From: Octopus bimaculoides
Taxonomy: Eukaryota
Assembly: GCF_001194135.2 (NCBI RefSeq)
Contig: NC_068987.1
Span: forward strand, 24,047,567-24,111,566
Reading direction: 5' to 3'
DNA length: 64,000 nt
Shown in pieces: positions 12,523 to 25,350 of the stretch. The position numbers were made by a program, and so were the translations under genes. Each line of letters starts with the position of its first letter. Position 1 is the first letter of the stretch. The notes beneath the pieces are model-generated. The model saw only the letters and a program-made list of their open reading frames with translations. It made no database searches and was not told where the DNA came from.

Positions 12523-13785
12523 TTATTTCCCTTGTTTTACAGTTTGGTTTTCATGTGCTTTTTGTTTGTGATTAGTCAAAATTTTATTCTTAGAGAAAGT
12601 CCTACCACAGATGTTGCAGCGATATGGTTGCACACCAGTGTGAACAGGTCTGTGGCGAGTTAAATGCTGATTATCAGAGAATGTTTTACCACAAATATCA
12701 CAACTGTATGGTCTCTCACCTGTGTGACCACGTATATGAATCTTTAAATGTGTATTCTGAGAGAATGTTTTACCACAGATATCACAGTGGTATGGTTTCT
12801 CACCAGTGTGAACCCGTACATGTTGAGTTAAATGAACATTCTGAGAGAATGTTTTTCCACAGGTTTTACAGTGGTATGGTCTTTCACCTGTGTGGATGCG
12901 TATATGATTAGTTAACCTACTACTACGCGTGAATGTTTTCCCACAAATATCACAGCGGTATGGTCTAATTCCTATGTGAGCTTGTTTGTGACTAGCCAAA
13001 GTATAATATGCAGAGAAGGCTTTCCCACAGATATCACAATGGTATGGTTTCTCACCAGTGTGAGTACGTCTGTGAACAGTCATGTTACCTCTTCCAGAGA
13101 ATGTTTTCCCACAGACATCACAACAGTGTGGCTTTTCACTGGTGTGAATGTATTTGTGAACATTTAAATTAGAACTTCGGGCGAATGTTTTACTACATAT
13201 ACCACACTGATATGGTTTCTCACCTGTATGAATACGTATGTGACGAGTTAAGCTGTCAGTCTGAGAGAATGTTTTCCCACAGATATCACAGTGAAATGGT
13301 TTCTCACCTGAGTGAATATATTTGTGTCTACTCAAATGATTTAGCTGAGTGAAACTTCTCCCACAAATATCACAGTGATATGGTTTTTCACCAGTATGAA
13401 TACGTCTATGATTAGTCAAAGTACTGCGGACAGAAAAGGTTTTGTCACAGATATCACAGTGGTGTGGTTTCTTGCTTCTGTGAGTCAGTTTGTGTCTAGT
13501 CAAATATGAATTCTGAAGGAATACTTTACCACAAATTAAGCATTCAAAATCTTTCTGATCTGACTGAACACCCTTTGAGAATAAACGAGTTTTTGCAATT
13601 GCTTTGCTGTAAATTTTTTTAACCTTAAAGCTTGTAAGCAGTACATTGGACTGTGTGAATGTTTTCTTATGAATGTCAAAGGGACATGATTGCTTTTCTA
13701 CATCTACATATACCAGATTAGATATGTCATTGGATTCAGGCTGTGTTTGATCGTAAACCTGGTTTTCACAAAGCTTTTCTTCCAT
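12523..13785 (-). CDS. ZF2: C2H2 zinc-finger protein, acidic leader plus 12 fingers, 420 aa
   Basis: Intact ORF; MEEKLCENQ leader; last finger has HxxxxH spacing (HKQKAH). Confidence 0.93.
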   Translation of the reverse strand: MEEKLCENQVYDQTQPESNDISNLVYVDVEKQSCPFDIHKKTFTQSNVLLTSFKVKKIYSKAIAKTRLFSKGVQSDQKDFECLICGKVFLQNSYLTRHKLTHRSKKPHHCDICDKTFSVRSTLTNHRRIHTGEKPYHCDICGRSFTQLNHLSRHKYIHSGEKPFHCDICGKTFSQTDSLTRHIRIHTGEKPYQCGICSKTFARSSNLNVHKYIHTSEKPHCCDVCGKTFSGRGNMTVHRRTHTGEKPYHCDICGKAFSAYYTLASHKQAHIGIRPYRCDICGKTFTRSSRLTNHIRIHTGERPYHCKTCGKTFSQNVHLTQHVRVHTGEKPYHCDICGKTFSQNTHLKIHIRGHTGERPYSCDICGKTFSDNQHLTRHRPVHTGVQPYRCNICGRTFSKNKILTNHKQKAHENQTVKQGK

Positions 13786-14929
13786 AATTTTCTTCTTTCT
13801 TCAATAATATACTTTTAAAAAAAAGTAGATTAATTTATAATGTTCAATGAAGGTAAGCAAATTCTATGAAACTTCTTAAATACTAAAGTTAGAATGAATT
13901 TTCTTTTACAATAAAAGTTGAGATTTCACAAAGTCTGAAGATATCTCCTTCATAAGGAAATAATTACAAGATATTTTATTAGGACAGTTTCATTTCCTAG
14001 AGTTCAATATTGCAAACAAAAATCAGCAGGTAAGCAGACTCCAGTTCTCAAGATCCACACTGATATGAAAAGATATTACAGATAAACCAAACTGAATCTT
14101 CATGTTCTGTCTCTGTTACAATCTATTGTGTTCTTGATAATGATAATCTTCTGTTTTCAAAATCAAATTTCTTGATATCAGCAATTACTATTTCAGTATC
14201 TACACAAATCCTGAAGTGAAGAATATAATGATATAATGTAGTACGGACGTTATCTACAGAGGACAGACACATATAGTGGAAACAAATGAAAATTTTGAAA
14301 GGAAAAAAAATACAGGGATAATAGATTTAGACGAGCAGAATATTTTTTATTAGTGTTAAAATATAGAAAGTTTAGAGTAATAGTATGTATACACAGATTG
14401 ATTTAAATGTCTTTATATCCACCTATCCATGCTAACAGAACCACCTCTGCTTACTACAAGAGAGCCTATGTGTGATTAATGAATGCGAGAAATAGTAGCC
14501 AAATATTCCTGGAATTACAACCTGTCTTGAAAATGAAATGTAGCTTGAGAAAAAGCTATGTCCAAAAGTAGGGTGGCGTGTTATAGAAACCTAGTTCAAA
14601 CTCGCTCACTTTCATGTTGTTTCAATGTCTTGTTTAAATAAAGTAGAAACAAATTCTTTGTTAAAGGAATGTTCTGTTTTCAGAATGTCTCTAGATAGGA
14701 TTTCTAATATGGCACTTTTCCTGTCGTATCATAGAATAGTTAATACATGTTAACACAAAAGCTATTAAAGGTAGTTATCTTTTTCGTTCGTACGACCTGG
14801 TTTGGTTTGAATTTTCAACATTAATGTAGTTTTACCTGCTAGTTATGAAAATCACATTGGTTTTTTTTTTTTTTACATTATTTAAAAATGAAAATGTTAC
14901 AACCCTTTAAAATTCGAAATTTTTGTTAG

Positions 14930-15200
14930 TTTTAGCCAATAGAGATTAAACATAAATGTAAATAACATCTCACCATTAATACATATCACGGATTGTTACA
15001 ACAAAGATATTTGCACGAGAAATACTAAAATACCCTGTTTAGCAATTAGCTATTGACAATAGATCAACTTACTGTTTTCCTTCCGTATTTTCATATTATT
15101 TGATGCAATAATATTTAGAAATGAAGTGAAATCCAACATTTTGTTCCTTAATAAAGAGCTGATGAATGTATCATTAGCCGCTTTTTCGTAAAAATATTTT
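14930..15200 (-). promoter_or_regulatory. Conserved promoter/first-exon block of ZF2
   Basis: TTAGCCGCTTTTTCGTAAAA at 15175-15193; donor-like CA|GTAAGT at 15067-15072. Confidence 0.65.
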
Positions 15201-15228
15201 ACAGGGCAATGAAATGGCAGAATTGTTC

Positions 15229-16040
15229 NNNNNNNNNNNNNNNNNNNNNNNNNNNNNNNNNNNNNNNNNNNNNNNNNNNNNNNNNNNNNNNNNNNNNNNN
15301 NNNNNNNNNNNNNNNNNNNNNNNNNNNNNNNNNNNNNNNNNNNNNNNNNNNNNNNNNNNNNNNNNNNNNNNNNNNNNNNNNNNNNNNNNNNNNNNNNNNN
15401 NNNNNNNNNNNNNNNNNNNNNNNNNNNNNNNNNNNNNNNNNNNNNNNNNNNNNNNNNNNNNNNNNNNNNNNNNNNNNNNNNNNNNNNNNNNNNNNNNNNN
15501 NNNNNNNNNNNNNNNNNNNNNNNNNNNNNNNNNNNNNNNNNNNNNNNNNNNNNNNNNNNNNNNNNNNNNNNNNNNNNNNNNNNNNNNNNNNNNNNNNNNN
15601 NNNNNNNNNNNNNNNNNNNNNNNNNNNNNNNNNNNNNNNNNNNNNNNNNNNNNNNNNNNNNNNNNNNNNNNNNNNNNNNNNNNNNNNNNNNNNNNNNNNN
15701 NNNNNNNNNNNNNNNNNNNNNNNNNNNNNNNNNNNNNNNNNNNNNNNNNNNNNNNNNNNNNNNNNNNNNNNNNNNNNNNNNNNNNNNNNNNNNNNNNNNN
15801 NNNNNNNNNNNNNNNNNNNNNNNNNNNNNNNNNNNNNNNNNNNNNNNNNNNNNNNNNNNNNNNNNNNNNNNNNNNNNNNNNNNNNNNNNNNNNNNNNNNN
15901 NNNNNNNNNNNNNNNNNNNNNNNNNNNNNNNNNNNNNNNNNNNNNNNNNNNNNNNNNNNNNNNNNNNNNNNNNNNNNNNNNNNNNNNNNNNNNNNNNNNN
16001 NNNNNNNNNNNNNNNNNNNNNNNNNNNNNNNNNNNNNNNN
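15229..16040. other. Assembly gap (N run)
   Basis: Ns. Confidence 1.
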
Positions 16041-16485
16041 CTATTACACTAAGTGACGAGAAATTACATAAGCCTAACTATCAACAGACTGTATTTTCGG
16101 GTATTTATTATCTTTTTTAGTTTCTTTCCCTAAACATTTGTAACTAATTTTTTTCTTTATATTTTGCCGATTCCACAAGTTTCTTTCTTACACGCACGCA
16201 CGCACACACACACAGATAAGCATACCAAAATTACTTGGGTTTAAATCAGGATAATCTTCAAACTGTAGGTGCTTGTGTAAAGAACTTTCCATTATGTGCA
16301 TTTTTTTGTTTCTTTTAATATATTTCTGAACTTCAAACAGCGAGTTAGAACATGCTTGGGGAAATCCGTAAACTTCTATTAATCGTATAATATATCCTGA
16401 ATCTCGAGAATTAGTTATTTTTAATCAAATCCTTGTGACTTGAGAGTGTTAATACAACATAGGTACGCCATACAGCCACTTTACT

Positions 16486-16811
16486 GGCACTCTGCGGATT
16501 ACGACGACGAGTGTTCCGGTTGATCCAATCAATGGAATAACCTGCTTGTGAAATGAATGTGCAAGTAGCTGAGTACTCCCCAGACACGCGTACCCTTAAC
16601 GTAGTTCTCAGGGAGACTCAGCGTGACACAAAATGTAACAAGGCTGGCCGTTTGAAGCACAGGAACAACTCATTTTTTTTGCCAGCTGAGTGGACTGGAG
16701 CAACGTGAAATAAAGCGTCTTGCTCAAGGACACAACTTGTCGCCATAAATCGAATTCGTAATCTTACGATCGTGAGCCGAATACACTAACCACTAAGCCA
16801 TGCGCCTTCAC
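16486..16811 (-). mobile_element. tRNA-derived SINE (full length)
   Basis: Reverse complement starts GTGAAGGCGCATGGCTTAGTGGTTAG (A box) with a B-box-like GAATTCGATT; 3' half shared with the SINE at 18980. Confidence 0.8.
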
Positions 16812-17625
16812 TACACATCCACTGGACACCTGGGAAAGACACATAGTGCTAGGCTTACACTCACCTGTGACATGAGTATGTTCATTAGTTTGTGTTTGAA
16901 TCATACATGGCAGGGTTAGGACTCCTTGCCAAATTCAACATTTTTAGTTTTACCTTCTTAGAATTAGAGTACATAATCTATTATATGAACATTCCGAGAC
17001 ATTTCATAGCCAAACGGCACAAATTTGCTAATGGGACAGGACACCGGGACATATAGTATCTCTCTCTCCCGCTACGAAAGCAAATTTCTCATTTGTAAAT
17101 TTGCAACAAATATGTTATGTTTCTAAATATTATCAATACTGTTGCAATCTACTCCATTGAAGGCCTATCTTTACAAAATTTCATTAAAAAAATGTCTATT
17201 TTTCAGAAAGTTATTGCCTGACACCAAGCCTCGTATATGCCCTCATTATGCACCACTATGTTAACTCCCTCTCTTTATACAATGTAAAGCATGATTAGAG
17301 AAATCAATCAACCAACAATTATTTGGCTGTTATATAGAGATTTTGTCTATTTTTTAATTTTTATTTCAGATTTTCTGTTGACATTGAGAGAACATCAACC
17401 AATGTATGAAATTTTAAAGACTGCAGAATTACATTATCATCAAGAAAGCTTGTGACAGTTTATCTAACTATGATTAAATTTCATTAATAATTGTGGTGTT
17501 GATTGGAAATATATTGGTTAGATGGTGATGGTCATATTGGAGAAAATTTGACATTACACCAGAACTATATTTTTGTTGTGTCTGATATCTGCTTCTTCTT
17601 TGAAATATTGGCAAAAGAGTAAATT

Positions 17626-18738
17626 ATGGATGGGAAACTGTGTAGGAGTGAGGTTCATGGTGAAAAACACCCTGATAATCTTTGTGTATCTAATCAAACA
17701 ATGTACATTGAAAAGAAATCAAATCTCAGTAGTAACAACGGTAAAATATTTGCACAAAGAACTAATACCTCAAAACATAAGATACTCAACACTAGCTCAC
17801 TCCGTTACCAATGTGAAATTTGTGGTAAACGATTCCTAATAAAAAACTTTTTGTCTTTACATAAATGTATTCACACTTCAGATAAACTCTATCACTGTGA
17901 CACCTGTGATAAAACATTCTCTGAGAGAAGTCAGTTAATTTGTCATATATGTTTCCACATTGGTGATGGATTATACAACTGTAATATTTGTGGTAAAACA
18001 TTCCTTGCGAGAGGCAAATTAAATCGTCACAAACGGATTCACACGGGTGAGAAACCATATTACTGTGATATCTGTGGCAAAACATTCTGTGGGAATAGTA
18101 ATTTGACTAGTCATAAATGTGTTCATACAGGGAAGAAAGCGTACCACTGTGATATTTGTGGTAAGTCATTCTCTCACAATAGTGCTTTGACTTGTCATAA
18201 ACGTATTCACACAGGGGAGAAACCCTATCACTGTGATATCTGTGGTAAAACATTCTCACATACTAGTGGTGTAACATGTCATAAACGTATTCACACTGGT
18301 GAAAAACCATACCACTGTGATATTTGTAATAAAACATTCTCCCACAACAGCGGCTTAACGTGTCACAAACGTATACACTCAGGTGAGAAACCATACCATT
18401 GTGATATCTGTGGGAAAAATTTCTTTCAAAGTGGTAAATTAACAATCCATAAACGTCTTCACACAGGTGAGAAACCCTATCACTGTGAAACCTGTGGTAA
18501 AACATTCTCACGACATGATAGCTTAAACATTCACCAACGTTTCCATACAGGTGAAAAACCATATCACTGTGATATCTGTGGGAAAGCATTCTCTCAGAAT
18601 ACTCATTTGACTAGTCACAAACGTATTCATACTGGTGAAAAGCCATACTGCTGTGATATTTGTGGTAAAACATTCTCTCATAGTGGAATTTTATCAAATC
18701 ATAAACACATTCACACTAGACATAAAGCATGGCACTAA
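17626..18738 (+). CDS. ZF3: C2H2 zinc-finger protein, leader plus 11 fingers, 370 aa (inverted relative to the rest of the cluster)
   Basis: Intact ORF; MDGKLC leader homologous to MEEKLC; acceptor TTTTATTTCAG| at 17369; AATAAA at 18926-18931. Confidence 0.92.
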   Translation: MDGKLCRSEVHGEKHPDNLCVSNQTMYIEKKSNLSSNNGKIFAQRTNTSKHKILNTSSLRYQCEICGKRFLIKNFLSLHKCIHTSDKLYHCDTCDKTFSERSQLICHICFHIGDGLYNCNICGKTFLARGKLNRHKRIHTGEKPYYCDICGKTFCGNSNLTSHKCVHTGKKAYHCDICGKSFSHNSALTCHKRIHTGEKPYHCDICGKTFSHTSGVTCHKRIHTGEKPYHCDICNKTFSHNSGLTCHKRIHSGEKPYHCDICGKNFFQSGKLTIHKRLHTGEKPYHCETCGKTFSRHDSLNIHQRFHTGEKPYHCDICGKAFSQNTHLTSHKRIHTGEKPYCCDICGKTFSHSGILSNHKHIHTRHKAWH

Positions 18739-18979
18739 AATATAACCTATGGTAAACATTGCCTCAGAATAGTAATTTAGCAAAGACCTGAACGGAAGAT
18801 GAATCATAAAAGTTTGAACCAAAGAGAGAGCCTCTATGCAACAAAATTTCTTTTAAATCATACACTATTGTCTTTAGAAAAGATACATTGAATGCTGTAA
18901 TCTGAAATGAACTATGTCTATAAGCAATAAACTTGTTTCACTTATTCAAACAATGTCCTTAAATATTATATTTGTCAGG

Positions 18980-19354
18980 AGTGGAGGCGCAATGGCCCAG
19001 TGGTTAGGGCAGCGGACATAGGATCGCGGTTTCGATTCCCAGACCGGGCATTGTGAGTGTTTATTGAGCAAAAACACCTAAAACTCCACGAGGCTCCGGC
19101 AGGGGATGGTGGCAAACCCTGCTGTACTCTTTCTCTCACTCTTACTTCCTGTTTCCGTTGTGCCTGTAATTCAAAGGGTCAGCTTTGTCACACTGTGTCA
19201 CGCTGAATATCCCTGAGAACTACGTTAAAGGTACACGTGTCTGTGGAGTGCTCAGCCACTTGCACGTTAATTTCACGAGCAGGCTGTTCTGTTGATCGGA
19301 TCAACTGGAACCCTCGACAACGTAAGCGACGGAGTGCCAACAACAACAACAACA
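18980..19354 (+). mobile_element. tRNA-derived SINE with (CAA)n tail and 10-bp TSD
   Basis: A box TGGCCCAGTGG, B box GTTTCGATTCC, TSD ATTTGTCAGG at 18970-18979 and 19355-19364. Confidence 0.9.
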
Positions 19355-21173
19355 ATTTGTCAGGTTGATCATGATAATTAGGTAGAAGTGAGTGGTAAAG
19401 GTAAGAGGCTGTGTTCTACATGAATTACCCATCAATTAATGTTTTGCAGTTCATATATTTATTAATCAATTAATTGTATTTACATATATACAATGTATAA
19501 ATTGTAATAAAAGTATGTTTTGTGATATTTAAAGTTTTAAACTGCGTAAGATGAAAATAATACTTTAGTTGATAGTGTTATGTATAACTGTACATAGTAT
19601 AAACAGAGCAAGGCTAGTAATTATATGGAAAGATATTTGCATGTATATAAATATGTATGCCAGCATTACAACCCAAGTTTGATAACCTTTTGCTTGTTAT
19701 TGCAAAAAACAAGTAGAAGAAAGTGAGAGCATCTCTTATGGAACTGAGTAACAGAATTTTGTGTAGCACCAAAGGTTCAATATTCCAACTTTAAATAACA
19801 TTGAGCAAAACTTTTAGAAATACAATTTGGCAGGAATTCACAGTTGTCTTTAAAGTCTACTGCCTTACTGGTTACATTGCTTGCTGAAATTGGTTGAAAA
19901 AAATTCCTGTAGTCATTCATGCCTTTTAAGTTTTCAGAGCTGGTCATGCCTGGTCTGAATATAGGTGGAATCCTCATTGCACATTTAATAAATTGAGATT
20001 GTATTGTACTGACAGAGTCCATTTTGTGAACATTGGAACCATCACCAAACATGAATAAATTATATCACAAAACAAGCAACATATCCATGTCCTGTCTATT
20101 ACATTGGTTTTTCACACATAAAAACACTGCATGATAAATCATGTAAAATGTATGATATATATGCAAATCTGCATGTTAGTTGCTTCATATTCAGTTATAA
20201 TTATGCTAAGTACCATAGGCCTGACGGCAGAAGACCATTAAGTTGTCAATGGAAGCAGCAGAGGTTGCCTCAAAGTGGCAGTGAATTAGAAGATGTGAAC
20301 CCTGGGAGGGTTAGTGCTAATAGGACAAAAGCTGGGGCTTGATCAACTCTGGCTGGTGGGCTTGATTGTTGAAAGACCTGGAACATCCAATGGTCTCTGG
20401 AAACATCACTGATGATGTGTTCAAGTACATCAAAGGATAATGTAGGGTAAAGTTATAGGTCTACTCTTTGTCCAAATTAGTGGCTTTTCTCCAATATCAT
20501 CACCTTCATGGTTTTATTTTAACATTTAAAAGAAAATTTATATATATATTTTTTTTCGTGTTTAAAACTGTTGGACAATAAAACATAAACTCTGTCTATC
20601 TCAAACCAATTGTATGTGTTGCTTAGCAGTTTTAGACCAGGTGTCATTACTTCCTTCCATTGTCTATGTCAATTCATGACTCTTTTTGATCACCCTACAT
20701 AACCATAATTGTGTGATTAACAACTTTACTTTCTTACCATATCATTCTGTGTTTGATCCTACTATGTGGCACGTAATGCAGGTATCTCCTACCAGTTTCA
20801 GGTTAACCGTGAAACATGTCAGATGACCTAATGGATAAAGTAGCAAATATCAAGTTGAGATGTTGGTGATTCATGCAGTTGTAATATTTATTCTCAACTT
20901 CCTAAAGTAGTTGATTTATATATATATGTAATTGCTGCTGTATTGATTTCTGTGAAAATATAACTTCACTACTTAGAACCATTTTTACAGTTCTTTCTGT
21001 CAGAGTTGAACTTTTGTGAACATTGTTCCAGAAGCCTCTATGACATTGTGATTTAGAATTAGTGTCAAGGTAATCTTTAACCTGGCCTAAACTATGAATT
21101 TGTAGTTTTGAAAAGTATTACTGTTTGAAAATGTGTAGTGGTTACATTTTCAACTGATTTAGAATGGATGAAC

Positions 21174-21402
21174 TTAACCTTTTTCATACCAAGACATCTG
21201 AGACTGTCCTTGGTTCTGTGATACCAATTTCCCTGCTTGAAAGTGATCTAAATTCAATCCTTTCAAAATTTCATGTTAAATCAAGTTCCAAACACCTGTT
21301 TGATAATAACAAAAGTTATTTGACAAAATTTTATGTTAATTTCAAAATTCTTTGTAAGAAAGGCAGTGAATTTCAACAGAAATATGGTAATGAAAAGGTT
21401 AA
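21174..21402. mobile_element. piggyBac-like MITE
   Basis: TTAA at both ends; TIRs CCTTTTTCATACCA / TGGTAATGAAAAGG; second copy at 30844. Confidence 0.75.
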
Positions 21403-23002
21403 GATCTAGTCTGGTTATATTTTACTGACACAGTTAATTTATCAGTGGTTTTACATTAGAAAATCCATTTTAATCAGTTATTTCTACAGAATATAAATGC
21501 ATATTTTGATGTAAGAGTTAGCCTAAATCTTGTCCTTCAGAGAATTTTATTATTGCAAATATGAAGTACCAAACAAGTAGCGTGAAACAATTATGTTATA
21601 CTGGAGTAAATAAAGATGTGATTTTTTTCATGTGATTATGTTTGTGTATGCCATGGCCAACCTTCAATCTTCTTTTTGTTAATTAAATCTATGGTTAAAA
21701 TTGTGTTGGTGGCACATTTATGGTTTATAGTTCTTTACTATGTAAATGATCTGCTAATGGTAGCCTATCAGTCTCACGGTTAGGCTGTTGGTAACTTAAC
21801 TGGCAATACACTGGGGCTTTACCTTAGTTTATGGAGGCTGGATGAACACTCTGGCAGGACAAAAAACATTATCTGTTGGCAAGAATAGACAAACTTAATG
21901 ATTGTGGCCATCCATTAAATGTACAAATGGAGGCCTCATTAAAGTTTTTCGATCTAGCATTTCTGAATCTTGGTTGTCTATGTCAGATATATAGGCTTGC
22001 CTTTCCTTTGACCCAAAGGCATGGGTGAGAGAACCCTCATTGATAAATACAAAGACTGCCCAAAGTAACTTAAATCAGTCCTGGCTTTACTTTTCTTTTT
22101 TTCTTTGCATTGTTGAAAACAACACACATTCCACAATTAATATCCTATAAAAAGATTTTACTAAAAGTATTATTTCATATTAAATGTAAGCACAAGTAAA
22201 ATGAATCATCTGGGATGTTTAAGTGAAGTTTTAAAAAGGAACATCACATACATAACTTAATGAGCGCAATATTAAATAATCAATGCATCCAAATCCAACC
22301 TTAAACACCAATGGTCAAGGGAATAAAATTGCAATAAGTATTATTCATTCAGCCCCCATGTGAGAGGTAGTATCAAATATAAAGGTACATAAACTTTTTG
22401 TTTGTGAGAATATAGAAGACTGGTGTTGGAAAAATCTGGTTACCAAAATGTGGTAAATGGAGCAGCCAGCTGAGCCAAAATAGTAAGCTATGGGTATGTA
22501 ATGGTGAATACTAAGAGACCTACACAGAAACGATCATCTAAATGCTGTCCTGTTTCGTTTGTCTAGTGCATTGCAAAGTCTGCATGTAATGAGGTAGATG
22601 AAGTTGGTTAAAATTTTGAGTGACATTATTCTGGGATTTTAGATTGCTTATAGGTGTATTTTTGAGGTGAAGTTATAGAAGTGGCATCTGGTTAGGGGCG
22701 AGGATGTTTCTAATCAGCAGGTTATAGAGATTCCATTTCATTCTGATGGATGATAATAAAAATAAGACTGGGAAGATTGTTTTAGAAAGACATAAATATT
22801 ACAATATGATATTTAATAATACAAAATATTCTTTAATAATTCAATTAACAAAACAATAGTATATAAACATGGCTTTCAAATATTTTGCATAATGTTTATA
22901 ACATTACATTAACTGTCACACAGAAATTCCATTACGAAGTAATTATATATACAATTTCTTTTAAAATAATTCTACTGTTTTATCATTTGACTTTCTTTGG
23001 GA

Positions 23003-24154
23003 TCAAAGTACCACTTTTAGAAAATGCTTCTTCACAGACATGGCACTGGATGGGTTGCCTGTGTGAACAGATCTGTGACGTGTTAAACTCTGCTTATCAA
23101 CATATGCTTTACCACAAATATCACAATTGTATGGTCTCTCACCTGTGTGACCACGTACATGAAGTGTCAAATGACTGCTCTGAGAAAATGTTTTACCACA
23201 GATATCACAGTGGTATGGTTTCTCACCTGTATGAATGCGTGAATGTTGAGTTAAATGAGCATTCTGAGAGAATGTTTTATCACAAATATCACAGTGATAT
23301 GGTTTCTCACCAGTGTGTGTGCGTATGTGTCTAGTCAATCCAGTTCTGTCAAAGAAGGTTTTCTCACAAATATCACAGTAAAATGGTTTATCTCCTGTGT
23401 GAACCTGTTTGTGAATAGTTAAACTTTGACAAGCAGAGAAAGTTTTTCCACAGATATCACAGTGATATGGTTTCTCACTTGTGTGAATACGTTTGTGATG
23501 AATCATGTTACCTCTTTGAGAAAATGCTTTCCCACAGACATCACAGCTGTATGGCTTTTCATTTGTGTGAATGGATATGTGTCTATTCAAATAAGAACTT
23601 CCAGAAAATGTTTTAGCACAAATACCACATTGATATGGTTTTTCTCCTGTGTGAGTTCGTTTATGAATAGTTAATTTATGACTTTGAGAATATCTTTTCC
23701 CACAGATATCACAGCAATATGGTTTCTCACCTGAGTGAGAATATTTGTGTGTAGTCAAATGAGCTTGCTGAGAGAATGCTCTCCCACAAATATCACACTG
23801 GTAAGGTTTTTCACCTGTATGAATACGTTTATGCTTAGTTAAATTACCGCTGTCAGAAAAGGCTTTGTCACAGATTATGCATTGATAAACTTTCTTATCC
23901 TTCTGAACATTTTTATGCAAAGATAAAGAACTGGTTTTAGCAATTGTTTTACTATAAATTTTTAAATATTTAAGCTTTGAGCTTTTATGAAGCAATTTTT
24001 GCTTAAATAAGGTATCAGATTGTGTGAATGTTTTCATATCACTTTGAAAGTAATATGATACCTTCTCTGTATCTTCATATGTCTGATAAGATATGTCACT
24101 GGATTCAGCCTCTGTTTGATCACAAGCCTGACTCTCACCCAGTTTATTCTCCAT
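23003..24154 (-). CDS. ZF4: C2H2 zinc-finger protein, leader plus 10 fingers, 383 aa; 11th finger frameshifted
   Basis: Intact [12 protein letters not shown]...; out-of-frame [15 protein letters not shown] remnant at 22983-23058. Confidence 0.92.
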   Translation of the reverse strand: MENKLGESQACDQTEAESSDISYQTYEDTEKVSYYFQSDMKTFTQSDTLFKQKLLHKSSKLKYLKIYSKTIAKTSSLSLHKNVQKDKKVYQCIICDKAFSDSGNLTKHKRIHTGEKPYQCDICGRAFSQQAHLTTHKYSHSGEKPYCCDICGKRYSQSHKLTIHKRTHTGEKPYQCGICAKTFSGSSYLNRHISIHTNEKPYSCDVCGKAFSQRGNMIHHKRIHTSEKPYHCDICGKTFSACQSLTIHKQVHTGDKPFYCDICEKTFFDRTGLTRHIRTHTGEKPYHCDICDKTFSQNAHLTQHSRIHTGEKPYHCDICGKTFSQSSHLTLHVRGHTGERPYNCDICGKAYVDKQSLTRHRSVHTGNPSSAMSVKKHFLKVVL

Positions 24155-25107
24155 AATTACTACACAAATATTCTAAAATATTCTGTTATTGTCAAATACC
24201 TCCATGGAGAATACTAAAGTGCTTGAATCCACTTAATAAATATTGAAGTTGCAATGTATTTTCTTTTGAACTAAAAAGTGATATCTGATAAAGACTGATG
24301 ATGTCTCAGTCATAAAGAAACAGTTTCATGATATTTTATTTGGACAGTTTTTGTTTTTTCCTAGAGTCCATTCTTGGAATTAAAAACCAGCAAGTAAACT
24401 GACCCTAGTTTTCGATAGACACTCAGATACAAAAGAAATTACACGTAAACCAAGATAGATATTATGTTATCAAGTCTATATTGTATTATCTGTTTATAAC
24501 CATAATTTAAACTTCACAGAAACCTAATCAAGGTCATAAAGAATAGTTAATTGAGTTTTTTGATAATGTCTGTCTTCTTTCTTCAAAGTATGCCAAAGTC
24601 CTTGATAAATCTTGGATCAGCAATTACCATCTCAATGTCACCATAAATCCTGAAATAAAGAATATAAGGTAAAAAGGACAATGAAATAGTAACACAAAGA
24701 GATGTTGGAATAATAAAGAAAAATGAGAAAATAGTTACAGAGAAAACATACATAAGGATGACTATGAAGTGCAAGTGGATAATGTAGTGTGCAGGTGAGT
24801 CTGTAGGAAGACAGGATAAATTTCTCTTTTTCCTGGAGCACAAGTTAGTTGTTTGGACAGACACTAACCAGGTAGGGTTGGCGTTGTACACATTCAAACA
24901 ACTTCCACCCAAGGCTAGAATGTGCCTTCAAACAAAGTTAATTCAGTTGCTGCTAGTACGTTGTTGAATTGACCACATCGTTTGAAGCTTCTCATTCTAT
25001 CAGCCTCATCCAGAACATGCTTTCCTGGTTATTATGTTCCTGAGTAATTCTGACTCTTCATACCTAATTTTTCTCTTGACTGTCAAGTTGTATGCTGTGA
25101 TGAGTTT

Positions 25108-25350
25108 CATCATCATCATCGTCGTAGTTTAACGTCCGCTTTCCATGCTAGCATGGGTTGGACGATTTGACTGAGGACTGGTGAAACCAGATGGCTACAC
25201 CAGGCTCCAATCTGATTTGGCAGAGTTTCTACAGCTGGATGCCCTTCCTAACGCCAACCACTCCGAGAGTGAAGTGGGTGCCTTTACGTGCCACCGGCAT
25301 GAAGGCCAGTCAGGCGGTACTGGCAACGGCCATGCTCAAAATGGTGTTAT
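25108..25350 (-). mobile_element. Young RTE-tail SINE/LINE 3' end with (GAT)n tail
   Basis: CATCATCATC...TTTAACGTCCGCTTTCCATGCTAGCATGGGTTGGACG; near-identical inverted copy at 51355-51581. Confidence 0.8.

Noticed and set aside
15209-16120. 303-aa and 280-aa ORFs
   Set aside because: Almost entirely X from an N gap
18981-19050. Possible tRNA gene
   Set aside because: A/B boxes run into a SINE body with tail and TSD; no CCA-end cloverleaf
19777-20450. 91-aa ORF and neighbouring GC-richer patch
   Set aside because: No recognisable domain; likely decayed TE but family not assignable
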